A DNA stretch of 64,000 nucleotides from Paramecium tetraurelia (GCA_000165425.1 CT868662.1:268013-332012), one strand, 5' to 3'; shown: positions 41,383 through 55,153, numbered from the stretch's first letter. Notes: generated by a model from the letters alone, not told the origin. Made by a program: numbers and translations.

Positions 41383-41838
41383 TCATTTTCTTTTAAAACC
41401 GCATCTTCCACAGAAATTATGATCCTGTTCCATTTCGTAGCTACATTATTTACAATGGTATGTAGTGATTTTCTTTTGTTTAAGTTATTTTTCAATGAGC
41501 ATTTTTTTATACATTAATTCTTTTTAATTTTTTTGGCAAAGATCTAAATGACTTTCTAGATTTCGAGGATTGAATTTTCTGCCACAAAGATGACATTCTG
41601 CTGTTGTTATATAGCTTCTATCCAACGAACTGTTTTCTCTATTAGTTTTTTTTGGTCCTTGAGATTTTGGTTTTGCCATAGATTTTGATCTTTTCTTCTT
41701 TGGTTCTTCTTTTCCTTTTGCAACAAAGATCATTGGTTTCTCTTTGCTGCACAATTTCAAATGCATTTTCAATTTTCCTTCGAAAAACTTTCGATTACAA
41801 AATTCACATTATTCGTATTAAATATTTTATACTTCCAT
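41383..41838 (-). CDS. Small zinc-finger protein: two C2HC fingers + C-terminal zinc ribbon (ZC2HC1-like)
   Basis: CEFCNRKFFEGKLKMHLKLC, CHLCGRKFNPRNLESHLDLC, CKQCSYEMEQDHNFCGRCG. Confidence 0.85.
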
Positions 41839-41872
41839 TTTCTGTATATTATATATATTATATTTAAATTTA

Positions 41873-42605
41873 ATGAAATAACGAGATCATGATCGAAATG
41901 CATTATTCCCAATAAGCGAAGACTCTCAATATACGTATCATCGATACAGTCCACCAATGAGACCGAAAATATTGCCAAATTAATACATCAACAGAGATTC
42001 GAAATTAATTCAATTAAGTGCACACGAGAAATCAATACAAGACAAGAGATCAAATATATTTTATGAACCTACAAAACTTCCAATATCACCTCCTAAATGT
42101 ATAGAAGATAGACCCAAATCTCCAAATCTTGATCATAGATAAAGAATGTTATATTAGAATGCATCAAATGTGTTACCTGGATATAGTTACTAGAAGGTGA
42201 AATAAGTTTGTGAGACTAGAACTAAAATAGTTGAGGATCCAAATAATCAAGTCAAACATCAGAATCAAAATTTCTCGGATTTATTTGACAGACATTGTGG
42301 GGATACCAAAATCAATCAAAGAGGTAGATCAGCTTCTCCTTAATTGGATTGGACTGCACATGATAGTGTTAGGAATGCTAAGGATTGTACAACCAATGAA
42401 TACACAACTAATAATAAGCCCAAATCTCCTCTCAAAGTAACTGAAATCTCAAATTTAGAAATCAAAGTAATTTAATTAATTCTAATTTTAGTGTATTTAA
42501 TAAGCTAAAGAATTGAAGACTTATTCCAAATTGCATGGCAAGAAAGCAGCTCCAAAAGAGATTGTTTATGAAGGTATGCTCAAATGGAAAAATAATTATA
42601 AATGA
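41873..42605 (+). CDS. Hypothetical protein (possibly ciliary/microtubule-associated)
   Basis: Open frame, one 25-nt intron near 42467, TGA 42603. Confidence 0.72.
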
Positions 42606-42635
42606 AATTGTTTCTAATTAATTTATTTATTATAT

Positions 42636-45055
42636 ATGATAACTACCAATAGGGATTTGATTAGCTCGACAACTGATTCCGCTGAATACTCATAAACCAT
42701 TTAGCTGTCTAAAAGAAAAACCACCAACAAATAATTTTCCTTAAGTCTCTTTGCCTTAAGAAAATAGGAACTATATAATAAGAGAAGTTCATCCTACTAT
42801 TCACCCAATATCAGCATTTCCAAGATTAAACCAGTGATTGATTATCGGTCAAAATTTAAACAAAACACCAAAAAATTGATCATAATTCTTAGCTTTTTTG
42901 AATCACTGTCCTAATATTCAAAAGAACAACTCAGATAACGTATAGAGTATTTCAAGTTAAAAAAATAAAACATCCTACCATTTTATCCAGATCAATACCT
43001 TATTATCAAGTGGAATCAATTCATTTAATTACTACTATTCTTTTATGCAATAGTATACCCCTTGCAATTGGCTAATCAGATTAATGTGGATTAAATATTA
43101 CTGGGAATCGATTTCATCTTTGCAATTGACATAATGATGAATTTCATTACAGCATATATTGATGAAAATTATAATTTGGTTAAAGAATTTAAATTAATAT
43201 TCCTCAACTATCTCAAAACTTGGATGATTTTCGATCTTATATCATTACCACAATATTAATTACAAATACAACAATCAGAACTTCAAATGTTCAAGCTCTT
43301 GAGATTAATCAAATACTTTATCAAGAAACCACAAAAAAACTATAAAGGACAGATCTTTTACACTACCAATATCATTGACTCTTTCTCTTTAGATATCAAT
43401 TATTATCTCTCAGAAGGGTGGATCTTTTTAATCAATGTCATTCTGAATGCATTTCTCCTCATCCATATCTTTGGATGTATATTCCTCTTTCATGACACCA
43501 ATTTCAATTACATTACCAGTGTCTATTGGGCATCATAAACCTTGTTTACAGAAGGGTATGGCGACATACCCTAGAATTTCTAAATATCAGTTATCTGGAT
43601 TATAGTATCAATCGGATATTATTCAGTAAAAATTGGTGATTTTGCTAAATTATTGATGCAAACCAATCTATCAAATGATGACAACCAATATTACTTATTC
43701 GATCGTCTGGCCTTACAAACCAAGATGCCAGATGATCTAAAGGATTCAGTCTAAAAATACATTAGAACCAATGCCTAATACAATCAATTTTGGGATTAGG
43801 AAATCATCCAAATGGTTGATGAATTCCACAAGCCCATTCAAACCTATTTCACTTTGAGTGTAATGTTGGATCTATGCATTAAAATTTAATTCTTTCTGTA
43901 AGATGTCAATCATACACAAAATCTCTTGAAATCCTGCAAATTTATCACTTTCGAGAAAAATGAAATTATCTATAGGAAAGGATAATTCTCGGATGAAATC
44001 TATTACTTGATCAAAGGAGATGTGAGAATAGTATCCAAAAATAGATATAATATCCTGACTATCTTATAAGGTACTATCTTTGGAGAATTTGAAGCATTAA
44101 ATGAGTAACCTCGATTTACTTATGCAATTGCTCAATAGAGATCTCTTATTTTGATTGTCCAATTGAAATCCTTTATTGAATGCTTCAAACAAAGCAAACT
44201 CATTAACTTTGAGGTCTCCTAATTGTATGCCAGAAGAAAACAACTCATACTTCAACAGTTTAAGCTTGAAAAAAGTATAAAATTAATTAATTTAGATAAA
44301 AAGTTGAATTAAAAAGATTGAAACGAAAAAATTTAATCATTTTTGAAGACAATGACATCTCGCCTGAATTCAAAAAGAGGAAAACTAATGATAATCATCT
44401 ATAAACTAATCAAATTTATCATTATAACTTGTTGAAAAAAATCATAGGACAAGCCAAACTCAACAAATAAATTGTCTATCAGAGATTCTAGTTTTGTGTA
44501 AATAGAGTGATAGATTATATAAGATAGATAGACACCACTCCACCAGAAGATTGGAAGGATTTAAATGAATATCAAACCATCACTAAAGTCATCCCTTTAA
44601 AGCTATTATAGTAAAGAAATTGCCTTTTTAGATAATAAAATAGACAATCTAACTTCTCTATGTTATCATTCAATAAGAAACTACGACTTTCTAATTATAT
44701 ATTAGTAAGATAGTAGGAAATTAATATACAACGAAAAATTATCCTATTTAGTAAGATGTAACGTGAAAGATTCAAACCATTAAAATAGATATTTGATAAA
44801 TATGGGCGTATATTTGACAATCAATCTGAGTCTGACATTCTCAATTTTGAAAGTTCTTATTCATCAAAGATTACATTGTTGCAATCCAAATATTGTTAAT
44901 GGTTCAATGTAAAGTAACATGAAGAGATTAAAATCAATAAGAACATTGTCAATAACGTAAAAAAACTTAGTTAAGATCTCTCAAAAATAAATGATACTTG
45001 GCTATAAGGATCACTAATTAAATTTGACTTGCATAAGTATTTAAATTAAAATTGA
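42636..45055 (+). CDS. Cyclic-nucleotide-binding-domain cation channel (KCNH/CNG-like)
   Basis: DIMMNFITAY, YLKTWMIFDLIS, S4 FKLLRLIK, pore YWASQTLFTEGYGDIP, CNBD EIIYRKG..EIYYLIKGDV..GTIFGE..PRFTYAIA. Confidence 0.92.
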
Positions 45056-45280
45056 ATTTTTTTACTAATTACATAAATTATTTCATTTTTCTATACTATT
45101 CTAAATTGTTATTAATAATTGTATTGTTAATTTAATGAATAAATATTACATATTTTATAATTAAATCAACCTATATATCCTACAAGTTTATATTATATTC
45201 CAATTTCAAGAGAATTCAACTATATTTATATATTGAAATATAATTTATTTATCTATTATAATATTTTTAATAAACAAATA

Positions 45281-45550
45281 ATGTAAAAATACGTTGCTAA
45301 ATATGTTGCTTTGAATTTTAAAAACTTGGTTATTGGGGGAGATTTGAAAACTATCAATCCCTTAATAAAGAACGAACAATAATTTTTCTAATACTATGAT
45401 TAGATTTTCATGAAGGACACCTATATATAGGATTGTCTAAAAAATGATTTATTGAGAATGCCTGTTGATTTTTTCAAAGAAAGCAGATACGATGATTTTG
45501 CAGAAGATCATTCTGAATTCTTGGAATAAGAAAATTAGAAATAAAAATGA
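45281..45550 (+). CDS. Small hypothetical protein (89 aa)
   Basis: Uninterrupted ATG..TGA frame MQKYVAKYVALNFKNLVIGG... Confidence 0.6.
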
Positions 45551-45597
45551 TTCCATTGATATTATATGTAATTTTTCTTTATAATTAATGATGATCA

Positions 45598-47877
45598 TCA
45601 TTAACTTTTTCTTTTAGTTCTTCTTAATCTAAAGCTATTTTAGATCTTCCAATGTATTACTGATTCAAGTTATCTCCTCCAACCATTCAACTCTTGGTTT
45701 TTGTTGCTATTTATAAATTTTACTTTAATGATATACTTTTATAATAATTCAGTGTAATACAGTATCAATAGTCTTATTAATAAAAAGAAATGAATTCTTT
45801 ACAAAATTATAGATTCTATCTTGAATTTAGTTACTTCTTGAAAGGCTATATAAATAAATATTCATAATATGTATGTGATTCATTGATTCTTTTGTTAAAT
45901 TAATACAATAATAAATTCCATAAACTTTATAATTGAGGAACCAAATTGCTAATTCAAATTCAATTGTCATCTTAATAATTCGCTCATTATGTTTCAATTA
46001 TTTTTCAAATTCGCATAGACCTATAAGGTAATAATCATTAATACTTGTTATTTGATTCTTACCGAATGTTCTCTTAATTAAATAAATAGATGCATGTACT
46101 TTAGTTACATAAGAAATCTTTATTTATATATAAAGATGATACTCGTATATGATTGTAAATCTCTTTTAGGTAAAAATTGGATCTAATTTACCATGCTTTG
46201 TTTTAAAAACAGGGTAGCTTTTGTAACAATAATTCTCAAATAGAGATTATAAAATTCTATGGTTTAGTGTTTTGGGTTGATTAAATATATATAAATAAGG
46301 CTAATTCCATATATATTGTAATAATCTTTCAATATTTTTATATAAAAATAACACAAAATAGAAATATTATAATCACATATAAGATAGAGTAGCGGATGCT
46401 ACAAGCATCTTATTTTTTTCTATTCTTTATACTGCTGGATGATTTTCATTGAAATATGATTTTAAAATAGTAATTGCTTTTGCAAATAACAAATTAGCAC
46501 TTTTAAACTTCATTCTATCTAAGTAAGCCAAAGCTAAGTTATTCATAATCAATGCTAAACCTATAGATTCGGTGTCACTAAATAATAATATTCAGTGTTA
46601 ATACCCATAATATGTGACAAGTTATTCATAGATTTCTATAGCATTAACGCTGCTGCCTTATAGATGATAGATGACTCCTTGCAGATTCATAATTTTACAT
46701 AATTATTCATGTTTTTGTCCATATCTATTAAGATTATAATGTGATAATATTAATACAATTTGATGAATCCATCCTTCGATTATTCCAAGTACTCAAGAGC
46801 AAAGTCGTACTCTTTTTCTAGATAATATATGCAACCCAAAGTGTAATAAGTATCAAATATCCTGGGATCTTAATGGTCTAATTTGTTTTGTAAGATTGAG
46901 AGTCCTTCATAGCAAATCTTTTTGGCATCCACACTATCATCTATCATAATAAATGTGTTTGAGTACGAAGCAAAGCATAGACAAAAGATATCTTGACTAA
47001 TATCTTGGCAATGTCTAACTTCCAATTCACTTATTCATAGTAGTTCAATGCTTTTTTATAGTAATCAAGGGATTATAGATATTGGTTATTGAGTAAATAT
47101 AGATTTGCCTTTTCTATATATATTTTGCTGAGTACATCAAAGTCATTAATTTCAAATTAATTTAAACATTTATCCAAACATCTTATTTTAAATACAAATT
47201 GTGATACTTTAATGCTTCATTGATTTGTCCTAGTTCTTTGAGAATCTGAGATGCATAACAGAGTGATTGAACACATAATAATATAATTACTGAAATTTAT
47301 AATTTTTCGGCTTATTGTTTTAATTTTTCATTTCCCTCCTTATAAACCTCCATCATTCTTTCTAATGCTAGTTTAAATTTACCATCTCTAAGAAATTGTA
47401 AACCTGTTCTTAATTTTTAATTAAGTAAATCATCCTTAAGCAACTATTCGAAACTGTTAGTTTTAGATTTGTCAAATGAAACCGGTTCATCCTCAGATTG
47501 TTGACTAATTTATTCGTTCGGATGTTGCTCAGGTGTTTCGTTCTGAGTAGGAGAGATAATTTAATTTTTAGCTATTTTTATGCTTTAATTAGAAGATGTT
47601 GAAGAACCGTGTTTATCATTGTTTTCTGTTACCTCCGAACTTTGGCTTACCTAATATTCGAGCAAAATCTTACTAGGTCCACTGGTTAATGATGTTTCGA
47701 GAATAAATCATTTTTCTTTTATTACAAAGGAGGCAATGCAAAGTTATGTTACTTTTTTATTACAATACTGACTTTAAATCCATTTTGTATCTTCTTTTAT
47801 AAATATTTAGATGCTTGGTCCAATCCTTGTTTTTCCACCTATAATTCATGGAAATCTAATATCTCAAACTCTTCCAT
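45598..47877 (-). CDS. Tetratricopeptide-repeat protein
   Basis: Repeated TPR helices (e.g. LALIMNNLALAYLDRMKFKSANLLFAKAITI); ATG 47877, TGA 45598. Confidence 0.8.
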
Positions 47878-47998
47878 TTATTTATTTATTTTAATTATAG
47901 AAATGGCATCTAATATTATCATTCTCAAATTGAAAGAAAAGACTAACTTACAAAGTAGTTGAAGCTGTTTTTGAAATAGTTAATATTCATTATATAAA

Positions 47999-49547
47999 TC
48001 AAGGAATATACTCTTTGTACAATTATTGCAACAATTCTATTGGATCTGAAAATTAGGATAATTTATCCAATTTTAGATTCTGACAATTATATTATCTCAC
48101 ATCCCTTACTGACCTTAAAGACATCACGTAATTCTATAAATACAGCAATTCCTACGATATAAAACACTATAATACTTGGTCCATCTTGTTGTCATAATAG
48201 TTTATGATCGGAATCCCATTTAAAGGTTACAGGCAGAATGAGTAAGCTGCATTGTCAACTAAAACCATATCATTCATAGCTCTGTTTCCAATCACTCTCA
48301 AATCTTTGATGTAGGCACCCTCCTCTGTTTGGACACAACTATCTCTAAAGAATCGATGGGATATAATATTCTTGTTTGGATCCAAATAGTCAATGACAAC
48401 ATTCGCATAACAAGAATGAGAAGCAGTAAACACTATTATTTCAAAGTGCTTGTTCAAAGTCTGTAATACCTACTATGCATACGGTCTGATATTGATTGAT
48501 GCCTAAATTGATAATTCAACATTTTACTTCAATGATTTCTCCAGATGGAAATTTTATAGGTAAAATGACATCCCCAGGTATTTGAACAGACTCATTACAA
48601 TGGATTAATGTTTCATCTAAATCAAACACTATAGTTTTCTTATTCGTGCTGGGTAAATTCACTTTTTTATCCTCAAAACTATTTGCTATTTTTACTGATT
48701 TTTAAAAAATTGAAGCTTACATAGTTTATAATAGATGCTCCCTAATCAGTTCAATAGGTCTGTTGATTTCGACTTGCATATAACCTTTGATGATCGAAGA
48801 AAAGTAATATAAAAATGCTGTTTCATTATTTTTCTCTTAAGAGGTTTTCCTTCTAAAATTTTCTTTTATTGAATTGCTGGCCTTAGCTGATTCTGGTCTC
48901 AAATTCTTAAAATTAGTTTTATTTTCATTTAAAGGAGCCTTGACTTAAGTAACAAATGTTGATAGACTGGGCTTTTTAATGATAATGCCTTCAATTTTAT
49001 TTTCATTGTTTATTAGAGTGCTTGATTTCAATTTATTTTATTACACAGGTGTGTAATCTCTTTATTCTTTAGTTTGCTAATGAATTTGTTATTCCTTTTA
49101 TCCTCTGTTCGTAAAATCAATTGACACTGTTTTTTGAACTGAAGTTGAGGTTTGGTTATTTTTTGTGTTTTATCCAAAAAATTTAGAAGCAAGATTATTT
49201 TTTGTTTGTCTTTAACTATTATCAATATGGGATTTAATGGACTGGATTTTATTCTCTAAATAGAGTAATTTGTCTTATAATTTCTAGTATTCCTAAGGGG
49301 ATTATTTGGATGATTGATTTCTATCTTGATTGGATCGTATTTCAATATTTTCCTTTTAATCCTTATAACTAAAATATTTGGAATAAAAATTTTGGCTCTG
49401 CTTTTATAATTGTATTGAACTTTTCATAGTCTACAAAGTCTATTTTTATTATGAATTAGATTAATTTGATGAATTAGGTCTTTGTAATTCCTTGCTTGAT
49501 CTGTTGCCCAAATTCTTTTCTGATAGAGGACGTCTGATTTCAATCAT
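47999..49547 (-). CDS. CTD small phosphatase / NIF (SCP-like HAD phosphatase)
   Basis: IVFDLDETLIHC, INIRPY, FEIIVFTASHSCYANVVIDYLDP, YIKDLRVIG, LVDNAAYSF. Confidence 0.93.
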
Positions 49548-50290
49548 GCTCAAAAGCTGTTAAAAAATTAAAATATTAAATAGTAATAAAGCACATTTTC
49601 AAAATTCATATACTTTCATTTAACTTTTTTTATTAATACAAAACCACCTTAATGGAAATTGGGACTACATCAAATCCTTAGTTCCCAAAATTAATTTAGA
49701 ATTCAATTCTACATATTTACCTATTCGAGCCATAACTGTCTATCCTTCTGGTAATGAGATATTATTTAGTATTTCCATGTCGCACAATAAGATCAATAGG
49801 ATATATCTTAATGTTAATGTTCAAATCATCAATTTAATTTTTTCTTACTCATGACTAAACTCCTTTTGAATTTCTAAGCATTCTACTCAAATTAAATGGA
49901 ATGGGACATTTCATTTCTCAGATGTATATTTATAATTTCCTAATTTTAACAGTCTGATCTAATTAATTACTGTTGTTTTCAATTTCCTTGCTATTTTAAT
50001 TGTAAGTAGATTTCTAATTAATTTCAATTAAATATAAAAGTACTAAGATTAATTAGGGATTAAATGAATATGATAAATAAATTAAGAATTTCAGTGAAAT
50101 ACAGGTTATTATGTATAAAACTCAATCTACATTTATATTGAATTACAATCCATTATTTTAAAGAAAGCAGAATTAAACATTTTGAAAAGATAGGGCGATT
50201 AATTTTGATTATTTTTAATTTAGTTGTAGTAATAGTATAAATAGGTATGTATTTGTTTATAGATTAAACATAATTAATAATTAAAAATAA

Positions 50291-50775
50291 ATGACTGATA
50301 TTGAAGAAAAGCGTATATTAAAAGTTGAAGAACAAAAGGACTAGCGTGGGGTATGTTATATAAGTAATGTTCCACCTTAAATGCCTATAAGTAAAATAAG
50401 GGAACTGCTATAAGCATATGGTATAGAGCGAGTATATTTTAAAAGTAAAGGATCTGGAAATAATAGAAGTTACAGTGAAGGGTGGGTTGAATTTAAAGAT
50501 AAAAAGATTGCTAAAATGGCAGCTTTGTCATTGAATGGGACGAATATCAGTAACTATTTAGGAATAATGTTTTAGTTTAGAAGAAACATAAATAATTATC
50601 AGATTATATGTGGTCAATAAAGTATTTGCCAGGATTCAAGTGGGATGATTTGAATGAGAATTTCAATTATGAGAGGAGAGTGTAAAAGAAGAAATTGGAT
50701 TTGGAAATAAACTAATCGAAGAAAGAACATGAGTTTTATTTAGAAAAAACAATCAAAAAAGTTAAATAATAATGA
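50291..50775 (+). CDS. ESF2: Pre-rRNA processing RRM protein Esf2/ABT1
   Basis: GVCYISNVPP, YSEGWVEFKDKKIAKMAALSLNG, WSIKYLPGFKWDDL; one tiny intron; TGA 50773-50775. Confidence 0.9.
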
Positions 50776-52378
50776 TTATATTTATTGTATTCTTTATAAT
50801 CCAAGAAACCATATGTATACCAGTTTCAATAATCATGGAATATACAAACATAGATATTGTCTACAACGAAGGCACACTCCAAAAGGAATTTGATATATCC
50901 CCAATATTGGAGAGAAGGTCTTGCACTTCACCTAAAAATCTGATCAAGATTGATACCAAGAATAAGAACTTAACTTAAGAAGATTATGAGGCATTGAGTA
51001 TCACAAATAATGATGATAAAACATACTAAGTATTTGTTGAGTAATCAACTCATACAAATAAATCGATGTAAAAGACAGATAATAAATATTAGAACAACAA
51101 GATAATTTACAAATGATAATTCTACATTGTCAACTAATTAAAGTATGATATACTATTTGTATCAAAATTGCACTGAGTACAGTATCTAACATCCTGAGAA
51201 AGCCTGGGACTATATTTATGTAAAGGTAATCCTACAGGATGGCTAAGATAATAATCACACATTTCCATTTTAGTTTACATACACATGCAATGAAAATTAT
51301 AATTTTATCACTTTTGATTGGAGTTTAATAATCTTGATTTCAATAAGCATGATGTTGATGGCCTTGTTGACAAGGTTTTCAAGAATATTGTCATTTAATC
51401 TGAAAGGATAGGATGGATAATTTTAAGGTTTTAAGATAGATGCAACAATAACAATCTTTTATTTTTTCATGTATGCAATTGGATTCTTTTTGTTTTTCAA
51501 TTCCGAATATGTTGGAGAATTGAGTCTTGTAGTAAAGGTGTCTACTTACTTAATGGGATTCACGTGTTCATTGTTTATAATCGATGAAGTATAATCTAAA
51601 ATATAATTAGGCATTATGTCTGTCTCCTGATGGTTCAGTTTGGAAAAGAAAGGTGTGTTATAAGATTAGATTATGCGAAGTGTTCTCATTTATGCTTGCC
51701 TCTGCATTCATGACTTTATATTTATTAACATAGGCTTGGTATTTGAGTGATCTAATATCCATATTTATAATGTCCACTATAGCCAAACTATTCAAATTCA
51801 AAAAACTTAAGAGTGCTGTTCTCTTCCTTATAATTTGTATACTCTTGGATGGAACAGCTGCATTTTTGATTTTCTTTACATCCAATACATCTTATAATTC
51901 GTTAACCCTCAAAAAGTTGAATTGTCCTATTGAATTACAATTACCATTGCTTGAATTACAATATGATCGAAGTTGTGCTTGGATCTCCTTGTTTAGTATA
52001 GCCATTCCTGGATTGTACATGGGATTCACATACAGATTTGATAAAAACAAAAGGACATTTTCCTACACCATTTTTACTGGATTGAGTTTAATTATTGGTT
52101 ATATCATTTGGATAACTACCACCATAGTTTAAACCTATTCAATTCCTTCAAGTGTCTTTATATACCCCTCGATATTGATCGGTACCATTTTGGTTGCTTT
52201 GAAAAGAAATGAGTTGCAATCAATTTGGGATACAGAATTCTTTGATGAGTTTCTAGAAAAATCATACAGATTATCAAATATATACGGATAACACGATATT
52301 GTTGGCAATCTTAATTTAATGGAAGGATTGGATCAATGTCCAGATGAGTAACCAATTTAAAGTCGGATATTGAAATGA
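50772..52378 (+). CDS. Signal peptide peptidase-like (A22B) protein, catalytic motifs degenerate
   Basis: Signal peptide MIIFIVFFIIQETIC, luminal domain, then WYLSDLISI..KFKKLKSAVLFLIICILLD..PIELQLP..WISLFSIAIPGL..YRFD. Confidence 0.82.
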
Positions 52379-52401
52379 TTTAATAGATTATAATATTGAT
52401 A

Positions 52402-53887
52402 TCAATATCTTCCAAATAATTGTTCATTCTCTTTGACCATATTTTAATACATTTAACTGATTTTCTATTGCATATTCAAAATAGATTCAATAATCTGATA
52501 TTAATTCATATTCATAACAATTTAAATTTGCTAATAAATATTATTATTAACATATCCGAAATTATCTTGAATAATTTCAAATTATTTGGATTCTGCTGGA
52601 AATAAATTTTATTTTAATTGTTTTTCTGTCAATACTCCTTAACCTTGTACTCTTTGTTAGATTTATCCAGCACTCAATTACTTAAATTGTTTATCAATTT
52701 AGCTATCTATTTTTTATAATAATTTAAAGGATTCATCACGCATCACATCTCTCTACTTTATTTTCTCCCTCAAAGTTTCTAACACTTGAGTTTAATAAGC
52801 ATATGAATAGTCTACATGTTTAGTTACAAGTGATCCAATCTCTTCTTGATTTTTACTGCATGTCATAAACATTTGACTTAAGTTTTTGCAATAACTATCG
52901 TCAACCTACTCAAACAATTATTCATTTTAATTCTTATTCCGTTATTGATAAATTAAAAACTTATCTGCCAGTGATTTATATTCCTAACTTAATTGTTTAT
53001 ATAAACCCGCAATATTTTAAGAGATTTATCTAATATTATTATTATATTCCATATCCTTACTGAACATTTTTGATTAATATGCAAAGAAACTCTCCATTTA
53101 GGAACTTATTTTACATTCTATTTTGCCATCTAAACTCGTCAAATTCGAGATATTGTATTCTCTCTATTTTTATTTCTATTGCTTCAACTTATTTTATAGA
53201 TCACTCTCATTTTAACAACTAAAAAATGTATCTACCAACTCATCGAACCAAAATTATCTTATGATTGTATTCATAAACTTCTCTAAAGCCAATGATCTGT
53301 AATCAGCTATGTGATTCTTAGAGCCTGATGCCATTTTTTCAGGGATTGGTGGAACATAAAAGTCAGGGTAATTACTAAGTAAATATTCTCTTAGCTTCTC
53401 AAATTAAGAATATCTTCTTTCTATAACGTAGTTATGTGGATTCAAAGTGATCTTATAAATAATATACGACTTAGAAAATAAAGACCCTGGTTACTCTTGA
53501 TAATTGTCAATCTTAACTTCTATATTTGGATTTTTATACAAAAAGGAATTCTAATTTATTTATATCTATTATCCTGAATAGACCTTGGAGCGCTGAACTA
53601 CATCAATAGTTGGGTTTTAGTGAATATTGGCATATTGAGTCAAAGGCTATTATGGATGTTAAGTTGATTCACTAAAAAAATCAAAAGAAATATTACTTTT
53701 ACTATTTCCAAGCCAAAAACTCTTCTCTTGCTATAAGCATTTCATCCATATTCCATAATTCAATTTAATCACCATTAATCTTTTTACTATTTAAATATTA
53801 TAGAAATTCTGTCTTATTGTAGCCTTCGGCTTATATTGTATTCTCAATGAAACTATCCATTTAAATTACAAATGAGTTCTTGTCCAT
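52402..53887 (-). CDS. PX-domain sorting nexin
   Basis: YIIYKITL..VIERRYSQFEKLREYLLSNYPDFYVPPIPEK followed by a helical BAR-like region. Confidence 0.9.
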
Positions 53888-54024
53888 ATATTTAATTAAT
53901 TTATATAATTTTCTCATAGCTTATATTTTATACTTGTAGAATCTACATCATAGTTTATATCGAAAATACAAATAACTGATAATTAATTACAACATATCTC
54001 ATTTATTATTTAATATTAATAACA

Positions 54025-54375
54025 ATGAATTTCTTAGATCATTTCAAAGGCAGAACTTAAAGAATCCCAAGGGAAGGCTATCTAAACTTATTTGGTTTGG
54101 AATCAAATAGAGTCGTTTAGAATCCATAAATCTCAAAATCTAAACTCAATCAATCTCTTTAAAAAATACAATAAGAAGAAGCCTAATTGCAAAATGAAAT
54201 TATGGAAATTGATGAGTATCAGTTAAAAAGATATTCGAAAATCTCTACAGAAATTACCACTCCAAGATCTTTCACCTCAAAAAAAAATTTTAGTGCTATT
54301 AGAAGTGCAAAATTTATCTTAAAATACTGAATTATGATGTCTACTCATACAATTGTGAATTTGTTAAATGAATGA
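54025..54375 (+). CDS. Small hypothetical protein (116 aa)
   Basis: Uninterrupted ATG..TGA frame. Confidence 0.6.
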
Positions 54376-55153
54376 TTATATTATATATAGTATTCTAAAT
54401 CTTTCATATCTTCTATGATTTATAGTTAATTTTGCATTTCGCTTTTCCTTCATCTCCTTCAAAAGCCTTATGTTTTTGTGTTTTGTAAACGATAACTATT
54501 CAGCCTAAGTGTAAATAAAAGAAAAACTTTGTTAACAATTATCAGATGTTTACATTTTTGCAGTTTCAGAAAGAGTAATATCATATTTTACATTTTTAAA
54601 CCTAATCACAATTAAGTACAAAAACAGTTTGCCAAATCTAGGATTAGATTGATAATCACTCCTTATTTCACAATCAAAAAAATGATAAAGTCATAGTTAA
54701 AATTGAAATTATTTTCAAACGATTTCCTTATATTTAATATGGATTTTCTTATTGAAAATGACAATCATAATTTGTTAATAAATTAGTTTAAAATATTTGT
54801 GATAAATATCGTTTGGAATTTGAATTTTATATTTGATGTGGATGTATCAACAATAATTATAGAAGATCAGTGTGTCCAATTAAAATTAAGATGATTCCTT
54901 AAGCTTCCTTTATGTTCAAATAGAGGAAAGTGTTAAGTGTGATGGGATGAATTATTTAAAAAAGTTTGTTTGTTGAAAGAAAAAGGATAAGGGATTGGAT
55001 TGAATGTTAAGGAATTGACTAAGGATTGAGAACATAGATATGATATGGAAGTGTGTATATATATATGGCAATTAATATAAATATAATGAGGGATATAAAA
55101 TATATATTTAATTTTGAAATTCAAATTCAAAAATATATTATTTAATTAATAAA

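Noticed and set aside
49651..50070. Possible small gene between the phosphatase and ESF2
   Set aside because: Frames on both strands contain several TGAs and no consistent intron model or motif was found.
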